From Caldisericota bacterium (GTDB lineage Bacteria > Caldisericota > Caldisericia > JAAYUI01), in NCBI GenBank assembly GCA_029548865.1, contig JAKPMO010000024.1, positions 32,001 to 96,000 of the forward strand: a stretch of 64,000 bases of DNA, given 5' to 3'. Below the pieces are notes generated by a model. It was not told the origin of the DNA and ran no database searches. It saw only the letters and a list, made by a program, of their open reading frames with translations. The position numbers and the translations under genes were made by a program. Shown here one piece after another: positions 1-9,265 of the stretch (within the stretch, counting starts at the first letter, position 1; each line of letters starts with the position of its first letter).

Positions 1-1415
1 TTGCCCCGTTCCCGATAAAAGTGGAGCAACTTTCACGATTTAAGGGGAAAACCAGCCAGAAAAAAGTTGTGGAAGGCATCACCGATGGATCAATCGAAAT
101 GGTCATTGGCACCCATCGCCTCCTGCAAAGTGACATCAAATTCAAGGATTTGGGGTTGCTAATAATTGACGAAGAGCAAAGGTTTGGCGTCGAGGACAAA
201 GAGAAGATCAAAAGACTCAAAGAAAATATTGATGTCTTAACCCTCACCGCAACCCCAATCCCAAGGACGCTCGAAATGGCGCTGACTGGAGTGAGGGAGA
301 TTTCGCAGATCAATTCTTCTCCAGAAGGCAGAAAACCAGTCAAGACATACGTTCAGGCATACTCGGAAACTGCCGCAAAAGAAGCCATTGAAATCGAGCT
401 TGCAAGGGGCGGCCAGGTCTATTACGTCAACAACAGAATACAGGGCCTCGGTTCCATCATGTGGAAGCTCAAGAAGATTGTACCCAATGCAAGGATTGCC
501 ATAGCACACGGGCAGATGGATAGCGACGAGCTTGAGGACATAATGCTCAGCTTCTACAAGGGCGAGATCGATGTGCTCCTGTGCACAACAATCATAGAAT
601 CGGGCCTGGATATCCCAACTGCAAACACAATAATCGTAGAAAACGCACAAAACCTTGGCCTGGCGCAGATGTACCAGCTTAGGGGAAGGGTCGGAAGGTC
701 AGAAAAAAGGGCCTACGCATACTTCTTCTACAACTCCGAAGAAGCCCTGACAGAAACAGCCAGAATGAGGCTTGAGGCAATAAGGGATTTTGTTGATCTC
801 GGAGCGGGCCTCAAGATAGCAATGAGGGACCTCGAAATAAGGGGCGCAGGCAACATGCTTGGAGCAGAACAGTCCGGGCACATAGCCGCAGTTGGCTATG
901 ACCTGTACCTTAGGTTGCTTGAGGACGCAAAAAAACAGCTCCAGAAATCACATGATGGAAAACCTATGAGACCGGAGGCACCACCGCAGGAATGCAATGT
1001 TGACCTCAGGGTTTCAGGTTTCATACCAGAACACTACGTTCCTGACGAAGCGCTAAGGATTGATTGCTACCAGAGGCTCGTGAGCGCTGAAACAATCGAT
1101 CAGGTGAAATCAATCGAACACGAGCTCCAGGACAGGTTCGGAAGACCACCGCCAGAGGTGGAATCACTTTATGAGCTTGTAAAAATAAGGGTTCTTGCCC
1201 AATCAATGGGAATAAACTCCATCGTTGAAGACAATCTGACACTAAACTTCCACTTTGGTCCAAATGTAAAACTCAGGGAAGACTTCCTGGACAGGCTAGT
1301 GGCAAGGTTTGGCGAGAGGACCACTGTCAGGCCAAACATGATTAGAATCAGAAAACAAAGAGACAACCCCGTAAAGCTGGCAAGAGAATTCATCGAGCTT
1401 GCCTGCGAGGATTAA
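1..1415 (+). CDS. mfd: Transcription-repair coupling factor (5'-truncated by window edge)
   Basis: Helicase motifs IIDEEQRFGV, TATPIPRTL, QLRGRVGR, TRG motif DLEIRGAGN, C-terminal TRCF domain; frame is open back to position 3. Confidence 0.97.
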   Translation, partial: APFPIKVEQLSRFKGKTSQKKVVEGITDGSIEMVIGTHRLLQSDIKFKDLGLLIIDEEQRFGVEDKEKIKRLKENIDVLTLTATPIPRTLEMALTGVREISQINSSPEGRKPVKTYVQAYSETAAKEAIEIELARGGQVYYVNNRIQGLGSIMWKLKKIVPNARIAIAHGQMDSDELEDIMLSFYKGEIDVLLCTTIIESGLDIPTANTIIVENAQNLGLAQMYQLRGRVGRSEKRAYAYFFYNSEEALTETARMRLEAIRDFVDLGAGLKIAMRDLEIRGAGNMLGAEQSGHIAAVGYDLYLRLLEDAKKQLQKSHDGKPMRPEAPPQECNVDLRVSGFIPEHYVPDEALRIDCYQRLVSAETIDQVKSIEHELQDRFGRPPPEVESLYELVKIRVLAQSMGINSIVEDNLTLNFHFGPNVKLREDFLDRLVARFGERTTVRPNMIRIRKQRDNPVKLAREFIELACED

Positions 1416-1417
1416 AA

Positions 1418-2635
1418 ATGAACTTTTCCTGGATAATAGAGAAGGAGCTGATGATTTCATCAGCTCCAGAGAACATACAAATGCTTTCAAGGCTCAGAGA
1501 CACTGGCATAAAAGCTGTGGTTTCACTTTCCCAGTTACCATTCACCGATAAAGATTTTGAAGATCTGGGGCTTTTCAATCTCAAGCTCCAGATTCCGGAA
1601 GACAAACCACCAACACTTGAGCAGTTGAGGGAATTCATATTCTGGGCCGGATTTATGAAAAAACATGGATTGCCCCTGCTGATTCATTGCCAGGAAGGTT
1701 ATGAACGTTCTGCAACGCTGGCTGCATGCTATCTTGTAATATTTGAAAATATGACAGCAAACCAGGCAATCGAGGAAGTGCGTGCAATAAGAGGTGACAA
1801 CTCGGTTGCATTTCTCCACAATCAGGGATTTGTCAACGAGTGTGAGTATGTGAAGCCACTTTTGACAAACACTTCCGACATCTCTTTCTATGAAGCAAAG
1901 CTCCTCATTGATCTGCTCAGAAGGCACTGCCCCTGGGACAGGGAGCAGACCCCTAACAGCATGATGCAAAACCTTCTTGAAGAAACTTATGAGGTCTGGG
2001 AAGCAGTCAAACAGAAAGACATGGCCCACATAAAGGAAGAACTCGGAGACATCCTACTCCAGGTGCTGATGGTCTCGAGAATGCTCTCGGAAGAGCAATC
2101 ATTTAGCGTTGAAGATGTAATTGCCACAATGCAGGAAAAACTTGTTTACAGACATCCACATGTTTTTGGGGAGAGCAAGACAAAAACGGTTGACTCTGTT
2201 CTTGACCAGTGGAACAGCCTCAAAAAGCAGAATAAAAACAATGGGTCAATAAGGGATATCCCATCAAATCTCCCGCCACTCGGCAGGGCCGAAAGAATAA
2301 TGGCTCATGCAAAGGGCCTCGGGTTCGACTGGGACAAAACCGAAGGGGTCCTGGAAAAACTGGATGAAGAAATCCAAGAGCTCAAAGAAGCCATCCAGAC
2401 CAAAGACAAGGGCGAGGTTGAAAACGAACTTGGAGACGTTTTTTTTGTTTTATTAAATCTGGCCAGATTTCTTGATGTAGGCCCGGAAGTGGCACTTTCA
2501 AGAACATTGGACAAATTCATAAAAAGATTTGAAAAGATAGAGAACCATTCAAACGAGACCGGAAAACCAATTGGCCAGATGACTTTGGGAGAGATGGATG
2601 AAATCTGGAATAAGGCCAAAAAGGACCATCAATAA
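1418..2635 (+). CDS. mazG: Fusion: N-terminal dual-specificity/PTP-like phosphatase + MazG nucleoside triphosphate pyrophosphohydrolase (two MazG domains)
   Basis: N-terminal HCQEGYERS (CX5R P-loop) and AIEEVRAIR; C-terminal CPWDREQT, EETYEVWEA, EELGDILLQV, RHPHVF, ENELGDVFF MazG motifs. Confidence 0.9.
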   Translation: MNFSWIIEKELMISSAPENIQMLSRLRDTGIKAVVSLSQLPFTDKDFEDLGLFNLKLQIPEDKPPTLEQLREFIFWAGFMKKHGLPLLIHCQEGYERSATLAACYLVIFENMTANQAIEEVRAIRGDNSVAFLHNQGFVNECEYVKPLLTNTSDISFYEAKLLIDLLRRHCPWDREQTPNSMMQNLLEETYEVWEAVKQKDMAHIKEELGDILLQVLMVSRMLSEEQSFSVEDVIATMQEKLVYRHPHVFGESKTKTVDSVLDQWNSLKKQNKNNGSIRDIPSNLPPLGRAERIMAHAKGLGFDWDKTEGVLEKLDEEIQELKEAIQTKDKGEVENELGDVFFVLLNLARFLDVGPEVALSRTLDKFIKRFEKIENHSNETGKPIGQMTLGEMDEIWNKAKKDHQ

Positions 2636-2660
2636 CAATTTCTCTCTGAGCCTCCCGTTC

Positions 2661-2689
2661 TTGAAAAACTACCTTAAAAAACCTAAAAT
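2661..2689 (+). promoter_or_regulatory. Putative sigma70 promoter (TTGAAA-17-TAAAAT) for the 2696 gene, probably leaderless
   Basis: -35/-10 match with 17-nt spacer; GTG start 6 nt after the -10 box, no Shine-Dalgarno. Confidence 0.55.
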
Positions 2690-2695
2690 ATTAGT

Positions 2696-2890
2696 GTGAG
2701 CTGTAAAAAAACAAATAGCACCAAGTGCAATTGTACCCATGAACCGTGCGAGCGCAAATACAGATGCTGTGAATGTCTATCGTTCCACAAATCACAAAAT
2801 GAGCTCCCGGCCTGTTATTTTACTGTGGAGGAAGAAAAAACTTACGACCGTTCTATAAGTTTTTTCTGCAAAAACCATGTCAAAATTTAA
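2696..2890 (+). CDS. Small Cys-rich protein (DUF6485-like)
   Basis: [21 protein letters not shown]...ELPACYF...EKTYDRS pattern recalled from this family. Confidence 0.75.
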   Translation: MSCKKTNSTKCNCTHEPCERKYRCCECLSFHKSQNELPACYFTVEEEKTYDRSISFFCKNHVKI

Positions 2891-3593
2891 TCCCTCCCCC
2901 TCAATGAACGAGGGCACATTCGCATCAGAGATCATAAACAGGTCCCTCCTCTATGGAATTCTCGGCTATCTTCCAGAGGAAATCTGCAATGTTCTTGTCC
3001 TCGATGGACCAAAACAGACCCAGATGGCGCTCATCCTTGAAAATGCCGGCTACAAGGTGGCAAGAATATGCCCGCAAAAAGATGACGACCCAACATGTAT
3101 AGCCTCGACAACCGAAGGAATAGATGGAGAGAGCTTCGGGGTCGTAATTTGTCCTGGCTGGCTCTCTGACAATGAAGATCCGGAAAAAATTTCAAGAGAA
3201 GCAATGAGGCTCCTTGTGCAGGGTGGCTTCTTTTTTGGTAGTGTACCTGGAAGATTTGCGGCAGCAGTCGACTGCGTCCCCCAATCAACAAGCAATGCGT
3301 CAAGCATTGCAAACGGAATAGACGAAACCCAGTGGTGGGGTACCAAAGAACTTTTCACCCCAAACGACATCGCCTGTGAACTTGAGGCCATAGGATTTGA
3401 GGTCGTTGACCTGTATGGTTGGGAACACGCTCTGACAAAGCTGCCTGGCGAAAAACTATCTGCAACAGACTGGGACGAGGGCTTCTTTGAAGACTTTCTG
3501 GAGCTGGAATTCAGGCTTGCTCAGGAGAGATCAATCCTTGGCATGGCCCCAACAATCCAGTTTGTGGCAAAAAAACCAAACCCAGAGCCATAA
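2877..3593 (+). CDS. Class I SAM-methyltransferase-fold protein with degenerate SAM motif I
   Basis: [42 protein letters not shown] resemble methyltransferase strands; glycine-rich motif I absent. Confidence 0.55.
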   Translation: MSKFNPSPSMNEGTFASEIINRSLLYGILGYLPEEICNVLVLDGPKQTQMALILENAGYKVARICPQKDDDPTCIASTTEGIDGESFGVVICPGWLSDNEDPEKISREAMRLLVQGGFFFGSVPGRFAAAVDCVPQSTSNASSIANGIDETQWWGTKELFTPNDIACELEAIGFEVVDLYGWEHALTKLPGEKLSATDWDEGFFEDFLELEFRLAQERSILGMAPTIQFVAKKPNPEP

Positions 3594-3609
3594 TTATTCA
3601 AGCTAAAAC

Positions 3610-3637
3610 AAAAAAGGCCCTCCAATGGAGGGCCTTT
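3610..3637. terminator. Intrinsic terminator between convergent genes
   Basis: AAAGGCCCTCC-AAT-GGAGGGCCTTT hairpin with A/T tails. Confidence 0.8.
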
Positions 3638-3657
3638 GCTATTTATTCAAAAAACGT

Positions 3658-4437
3658 TTATGGAACATTTATCATCATTCTTTCAATCTTTTTGCATTGC
3701 CCTGTTTCTCTGTCAATGTCGAGCAAAACGGCACAAAACCTTACATCACCCTCTGCAACCTCAAACCTTGCCCGTCTTGCACTAATCATTTTGGAGATCG
3801 GCGCGCTGGGTTCCATGCCGATAACTGATTCATGGGGGCCAGTCATTCCAACATCGGTGATGAAACCAGTCCCACCCTTGAGTATTCTCTCATCGGCCGT
3901 CTGGACATGTGTGTGGGTACCCAAAACCGCAGAGACTCTTCCATCAAGGTAGATGCCAAGGGCCTGTTTTTCGCTTGTTGCTTCGGCATGGAAGTCGATG
4001 AGGATAGCTTTTGTTGTGCTTCTCAGCTCTTCAACGATCTTGTCAGCGACCCTGAACGGGCAATCGATGGGTGTCATGAAGACCCTGCCCTGAAGGCTCA
4101 CCACTGCAAGCGTTCCAGCAAGCCCTTCCAGCACAAAATGCCCACTGCCCGGGTTTCCTGGAGGAAAATTGGCAGGCCTTGCCAGAAGACGCTCGTTTTC
4201 AAGCAATTCGTCAGCTTCTTTCTGGTCATAAAGATGGTTGCCAAGCGTTATTCCATGGATGCCAGCAGCTCTGAGTTTGTTTGAAATGTCAGGGGTAAGG
4301 CCAAACCCACCAGCTGCATTTTCACCATTTGCCACAACAAAGTCGACACCATATTGTTTTACAAGGCCTGGAACAACAGCTTCAATGGCCTTTCTTCCAG
4401 GCTTGCCAACTATGTCTCCAATGAAGAGGACTATCAT
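3658..4437 (-). CDS. ymdB: YmdB/TIGR00282-type metallophosphoesterase
   Basis: FIGDIVGKPGR, ANGENAAGG, TLGNH, DFHAEATSEK, GTHTHV, TDVGMTG; follows rny. Confidence 0.93.
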   Translation of the reverse strand: MIVLFIGDIVGKPGRKAIEAVVPGLVKQYGVDFVVANGENAAGGFGLTPDISNKLRAAGIHGITLGNHLYDQKEADELLENERLLARPANFPPGNPGSGHFVLEGLAGTLAVVSLQGRVFMTPIDCPFRVADKIVEELRSTTKAILIDFHAEATSEKQALGIYLDGRVSAVLGTHTHVQTADERILKGGTGFITDVGMTGPHESVIGMEPSAPISKMISARRARFEVAEGDVRFCAVLLDIDRETGQCKKIERMMINVP

Positions 4438-5978
4438 TTTGCGTTCTCAGTGTATCTGACTTCCCTTATGACCGTAACCTTTATGGTTCCTGGATATGTA
4501 AGCTCGTTCTCAATTCTAGCCGCAATGTCACGGGCCATCTGGTATGCAAGGACATCATCAATGTCCTTTGGTTTCACTATTACCCTTATTTCCCTGCCGG
4601 CCTGTATTGCATAGGTTTTTTCAACTCCCCTGAAGCTCTTTGCAATCGTCTCAAGTGATTCAAGGCGCTGGATGTAGGCCTCAAAGCTTTCGCGCCTTGC
4701 ACCTGGTCTTGATGCAGAAATGGCATCAGCTGCCTGCACAAGAACAGCATAGACGGATGTTGGGGCAATATCGCTGTGGTGGAGCCTGGCAGCTTCAATC
4801 ACTTCTATTGGCTCGCCATTCTTCCTCAGGATTTCGGCACCAAGCTCGTCATGCGAGCCTTCCCTTTCCCTGTCAACGGCTTTGCCGATGTCGTGGAAAA
4901 TGCCTGCTCTTTTGGCCTTCCTGGCATCAAGACCCAGTTCATTTGCCATGTGAGCTGATAACATTGCGACTTCAATCGAGTGGGCAAGGACATTCTGGCC
5001 ATAAGATGTCCTAAAACGGAGCCTTCCAAGAAGCTTCACCAGCTCAGGCTTGGCCTGTTGGAGGCCGACCTCAAGCAATGCCTGGTCGCCTTCCAGTTTT
5101 AGCCTGTCCTCGAATTCCCTTGTGGCCTGTTCTACAACCTCTTCAATCCTGCCTGGATGTATCCTGCCATCTGTTATCAGTTTTTCCAATGCCAGCTTTC
5201 CAATCTCGCGCCTGACAGGATCAAAACATGATATGGTGACAACCTCTGGGGTATCATCAACGAGAAGGTCAACGCCCGTCGCAGTTTCAAAAGTCCTGAT
5301 GTTGCGCCCTTCCCTGCCAATGATTTTTCCCTTTATCTCTTCGGATGGGAGCGGAACAGCAGAAACGGTCACCTCTGCCGTATACTCAGAAGCAATTCTC
5401 TGCACTGAGCCAAGAATAACTTCTCTGGCCTTTTGCAATGCTTTGTCTTTTGCTTCTTCTTCCATATTTTTTGCCTTTTGGGCAAGCTCGTAACTCATTT
5501 TCTGCCTCAGCTCATCAAGAATGATCTGTTTTGCAGTTTCCTGGTTTAATCCAGCAATTCTCTCAAGTTCTTTCCTCTGCTTGTCAACAATCTGGTCGGC
5601 CTGCTCGTGTTTTTCGTCAAGCTCTTTTTCTCTGGTTGTTATTGTATTTTCACGCTTGCCAACAGCTTCAGATCTTTGTTCAATCTTTTCTTCTCTCTGG
5701 GCTATTCTTCTTTCAATGTCTACCAGCTCCTGGCGTTGCTGTCTGAATTCTTTTTCTCTTTCTGCAACAAGCTTCATCGCCTCGTCCTTGGCGTTAACAA
5801 GGATTTCTTTCTTCTGCGTTTCCGCTTCGTCCTTGGCTTGCGAAACAATCCTCTTGCACTCTTCTTCGGCCCTTCGTATCTTGCCATCCGCAGATTTGGC
5901 GGAAGCATTCATGGCATAGAAAAAAGCCACTGCGGCACCGAGTGCCAACCCTAGCAATCCAACAATGGTTTCAATCAT
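4434..5978 (-). CDS. rny: Ribonuclease Y
   Basis: N-terminal TM, coiled coil, KH motif KGKIIGREGRNIR, HD motif FHDIGK, ADAISASRPGAR. Confidence 0.97.
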   Translation of the reverse strand: MIETIVGLLGLALGAAVAFFYAMNASAKSADGKIRRAEEECKRIVSQAKDEAETQKKEILVNAKDEAMKLVAEREKEFRQQRQELVDIERRIAQREEKIEQRSEAVGKRENTITTREKELDEKHEQADQIVDKQRKELERIAGLNQETAKQIILDELRQKMSYELAQKAKNMEEEAKDKALQKAREVILGSVQRIASEYTAEVTVSAVPLPSEEIKGKIIGREGRNIRTFETATGVDLLVDDTPEVVTISCFDPVRREIGKLALEKLITDGRIHPGRIEEVVEQATREFEDRLKLEGDQALLEVGLQQAKPELVKLLGRLRFRTSYGQNVLAHSIEVAMLSAHMANELGLDARKAKRAGIFHDIGKAVDREREGSHDELGAEILRKNGEPIEVIEAARLHHSDIAPTSVYAVLVQAADAISASRPGARRESFEAYIQRLESLETIAKSFRGVEKTYAIQAGREIRVIVKPKDIDDVLAYQMARDIAARIENELTYPGTIKVTVIREVRYTENAK

Positions 5979-6432
5979 CTTGTTCCTCGCACTTCATTTC
6001 CGATTTTATTAGGTCTGACGGGAAACCGAGCCTGGAAAGTTTTGAATACAGCTTTCTTTTTTCGAGACCCTTGTTTGACTTTACAAGCTTTTTCAAAGGT
6101 TCTCTCCAGTCTGTTTGCCTGATTTCTGCGTCGGCATCACTTTTTTGTATTCCCAAGGCCACAAGCCCAAGCTTGACTTTCAAAGGCCCCCAATGCCTGG
6201 CTCTTTTGACCCTGACATACTCTTTTATGAATTTTTTTTCATCAAGAAGGCCGAGTTTTCTGAGTTTCTTAACAGCTTCTTCGGCCTCTTTCTCTAAAAA
6301 TCCTTTCTTTGCAAGCTTTTCCCTTATTTCAAGCTCTGCCCTGTCTCTTGCCGCAAGCAACCTGAGTGAGTAGGTAAAAGCCTTGCTGTTATTTTTCTTC
6401 GCTATGGGGCTGTCCCTGCGGGGCCATTCCAT
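5971..6432 (-). CDS. recX: RecX regulatory protein
   Basis: [39 protein letters not shown]; directly after recA; ATG at 6432 has AGGAG upstream (start uncertain). Confidence 0.8.
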   Translation of the reverse strand: MEWPRRDSPIAKKNNSKAFTYSLRLLAARDRAELEIREKLAKKGFLEKEAEEAVKKLRKLGLLDEKKFIKEYVRVKRARHWGPLKVKLGLVALGIQKSDADAEIRQTDWREPLKKLVKSNKGLEKRKLYSKLSRLGFPSDLIKSEMKCEEQDD

Positions 6433-7429
6433 AAGCGCTCCTGATCCTCTTTTCAATCTCGGCCATCATTTCTGGCTTCTGGGATATGGTCATCTTGGCG
6501 TTGTCACGTCCCTGGCCAAGTCTTTCCCCATCAAACGAGAACCAAGTTCCGGATTTTTCAATAATGTTCAGATTGACTCCCATGTCCAACAACTGGGATT
6601 CCCTTGATACACCCTGACCAAAAACAATCTCGAAGTCCCCAGACAGATATGGTGGGGCAACCTTATTTTTCACGACTTTGCATTTCACCATCGTTCCAAC
6701 AATTCTGTCGCCGTCTTTTTGGCTCTCGCCCTTCCTTACTTCCACCCTGACAGAAGAGTAGAACTTCAATGCCCTCCCACCAGTGGTTGTTTCAGGGTTC
6801 CCAAACATCACGCCTATCTTTTCCCTGAGCTGATTGATAAATATGCCACAAGTCCTGCTCTTGCCCATTACACCGGCCAGTTTCCTCATGGCTTGTGACA
6901 TGAGCCTTGCCTGAAGGCCAACAACAGAGTCACCCATTTCGCCCTCAAGCTCTGCCCTCGGCACAAGTGCCGCGACAGAGTCCACCACAAACAGGTCAAT
7001 TGCTCCTGATCTTGTAAGTATTTCTGCTATTTCAAGGGCCTGCTCACCTGAATCTGGCTGGGATATGATGATGTCCTGGAGGTTGACGCCAAGGCGCTCG
7101 GCATAAGAAGGATCAAGCGCATGCTCTGCATCAATAAATACTGCCTTCCCACCCATCTTTTGCACTGAAGCAATAGTTGTGAGTGCGATGGTTGTCTTTC
7201 CAGAGCCTTCCGCGCCATATATTTCAATTATTCTACCTCTCGGGAACCCGCCGACGCCAAGGGCGATGTCCATCGATAAAATGCCGGTTGGAATGGCCTC
7301 TACGGCCATTCTTCCATGGCCATCACCCAGCTTCATTACGGTGCCTTTTCCAAACTGCTTTTCTATGGAGGCTATTGCCGAGTCTAAAGCTTTGTCCCTT
7401 TCGGTTTTTTCAGGTATCTTTTCGCTCAT
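6389..7429 (-). CDS. recA: Recombinase A
   Basis: GAEGSGKTT Walker [31 protein letters not shown]; no intein. Confidence 0.99.
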   Translation of the reverse strand: MSEKIPEKTERDKALDSAIASIEKQFGKGTVMKLGDGHGRMAVEAIPTGILSMDIALGVGGFPRGRIIEIYGAEGSGKTTIALTTIASVQKMGGKAVFIDAEHALDPSYAERLGVNLQDIIISQPDSGEQALEIAEILTRSGAIDLFVVDSVAALVPRAELEGEMGDSVVGLQARLMSQAMRKLAGVMGKSRTCGIFINQLREKIGVMFGNPETTTGGRALKFYSSVRVEVRKGESQKDGDRIVGTMVKCKVVKNKVAPPYLSGDFEIVFGQGVSRESQLLDMGVNLNIIEKSGTWFSFDGERLGQGRDNAKMTISQKPEMMAEIEKRIRSAYGMAPQGQPHSEEK

Positions 7430-7968
7430 CCCAGCTCCTTTGACCAGAGAGGCTCGTATGTTGGCCCCGAATTTGAAAGAATTGACTTAAAAAATACCAC
7501 ATTTTTAAAAAAAAGCTCGCCTTGCGGCGGTGGTGGAAGTTCTACAACAGTTTTCACAAAATCAAACGACTCCCTGATCCTGCCCAAAGTCAGGTGTGGC
7601 ACAAACATCCTCTCTTCAAGCGGAAAACCAAATTTGTTGCAAACAGCATCTATTTTTTGCGCAACCTCAATACACATTGGGCTTTCAAGACCAACCCAGA
7701 GAACCCTGGGTTTCCTGAGGTTTGGAAAACCACCAAATCTGGAAAGCCTGTACGGGATTTTTTGAAAAACCATTCCTTCAAGTTCAACAGATATTTTCTG
7801 CGCAATACTCTCTTCAGTGTCTCCAAGAAATTTCAATGTAAGATGAAAATTTCCTTTTCTTGTCCAGCTTGCGCTTGCGCCAGAGCTCTTGAGCACAGGC
7901 ATTATTTTATCAATATACTCCAGGATTGAAGCATCAAGTCCGAGGGCAATAAATGTTCTAATGGCCAA
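7426..7968 (-). CDS. thpR: RNA 2',3'-cyclic phosphodiesterase (2H family)
   Basis: Two HxT motifs (FHLTL, PHLTL), RTFIAL, PRVLW; usual position upstream of recA. Confidence 0.92.
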   Translation of the reverse strand: MAIRTFIALGLDASILEYIDKIMPVLKSSGASASWTRKGNFHLTLKFLGDTEESIAQKISVELEGMVFQKIPYRLSRFGGFPNLRKPRVLWVGLESPMCIEVAQKIDAVCNKFGFPLEERMFVPHLTLGRIRESFDFVKTVVELPPPPQGELFFKNVVFFKSILSNSGPTYEPLWSKELG

Positions 7969-9265
7969 CTTTCACACCTCCAAGATCATAAGGCGAGAAA
8001 GAATTTACCTTGACGTTTACAACATCACCCCTCTTGATGTTTGCGCCTTTCACTGAAACTGTCCCGTCAATCTCAGGGGCATCAGCCATAGATCTCCCGA
8101 TTGCCGTGTCCTTGCCGATGCCATCAATGATCACAGGTAACATCTGTCCCTTAAGCCTTGAGTTGTTTTCAAGCGATATCTCGCTTTGAAGGGCCATCAG
8201 GGTGTTCCAGCGATAGCTTGCAACCCTCGAAGAAATCTGTTTCATTTTGTAAGAGAGGGTGTTTTCTTCTGGCGAATACTTGAAAACCCCGAGCCTGTCA
8301 AACATTGTTTCCCTAACAAAAGAGGCGAGTTCATCAAAATCCTGCCTGCCTTCACCAGGGAAACCGACAATGATTGATGACCTCAAAATGGCATTCTTGA
8401 ATGAACCCCTGATCGTTTTAATGAGTAGGCGAATGTCGTCTTTTCCTGGACTGAGTCTTCCCATTGCCGAAAGAATCTTGTCGTTTATGTGCTGGAACGG
8501 GATATCAAAATATGGAAGCACTTTTTTAACAGTAAAGGCCGCAAGGACATTTTCCGTAAGGTGCATCGGGTTCAGGTACATCACCCTTATCCACTCAATG
8601 CCACCAATTTGCGAGAGCTCCTCCATCAATTTCTTCAAATCATAAGGGTCTTTGGCGTCAAGCCCGACAATGGAGGTGTCTTGTGCAATGATGATGATTT
8701 CCTTGACGCCAATTGAAGCAAGCGCCCTTGCCTCAAGAACGAGGTCTTTAAGTTCAAAACTGTGGTAGGGGCCCCTTATTGAAGGAATAGTGCAAAAAGA
8801 GCATTTATGGGAGCACCCCTCGGCAATCCTTAGATATGCCACATGGGGCAGTGTCAGCTGGAGTCTTGGGAGCGGTGAGCCCTGTGGCGCATGGACAGCA
8901 GATCTTTCAAATGCAAGTGATCCATTGGCCGCCAGTGCAGCAAGGTCGTTCTTGCCAGTGCCGAGAAAAGCATCAATTCCCTTATATTTTTCCTTTATCT
9001 GTTCCCCAACAAGCTGGGGAAGACAGCCAGTCACAACAATACGCTTTATTTTGCCGGCCCTTTTGAGCTTGATAGCATTTTTGATCGTTTGTTCAGATTC
9101 TTCCCTTGCGTCTCCAATAAAAGAGCATGTATTTATGAAAAGAATGTCGCAATCCTGATCGCCAAGGACTATCTCATAGCCCTCTTTTGCAAGAGAGGCC
9201 ATCATCTGTTCGGAATCCACCAGGGCCTTTGGGCAACCAAGACTGACAAGCCCGACCCTCGTCAC
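7958..9265 (-). CDS. rimO: Ribosomal protein S12 methylthiotransferase
   Basis: SLGCPKALVDSE, INTCSFI, radical SAM CSHKCSFC, DAPEIDG, TRAM domain. Confidence 0.94.
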   Translation of the reverse strand: MTRVGLVSLGCPKALVDSEQMMASLAKEGYEIVLGDQDCDILFINTCSFIGDAREESEQTIKNAIKLKRAGKIKRIVVTGCLPQLVGEQIKEKYKGIDAFLGTGKNDLAALAANGSLAFERSAVHAPQGSPLPRLQLTLPHVAYLRIAEGCSHKCSFCTIPSIRGPYHSFELKDLVLEARALASIGVKEIIIIAQDTSIVGLDAKDPYDLKKLMEELSQIGGIEWIRVMYLNPMHLTENVLAAFTVKKVLPYFDIPFQHINDKILSAMGRLSPGKDDIRLLIKTIRGSFKNAILRSSIIVGFPGEGRQDFDELASFVRETMFDRLGVFKYSPEENTLSYKMKQISSRVASYRWNTLMALQSEISLENNSRLKGQMLPVIIDGIGKDTAIGRSMADAPEIDGTVSVKGANIKRGDVVNVKVNSFSPYDLGGVKVGH

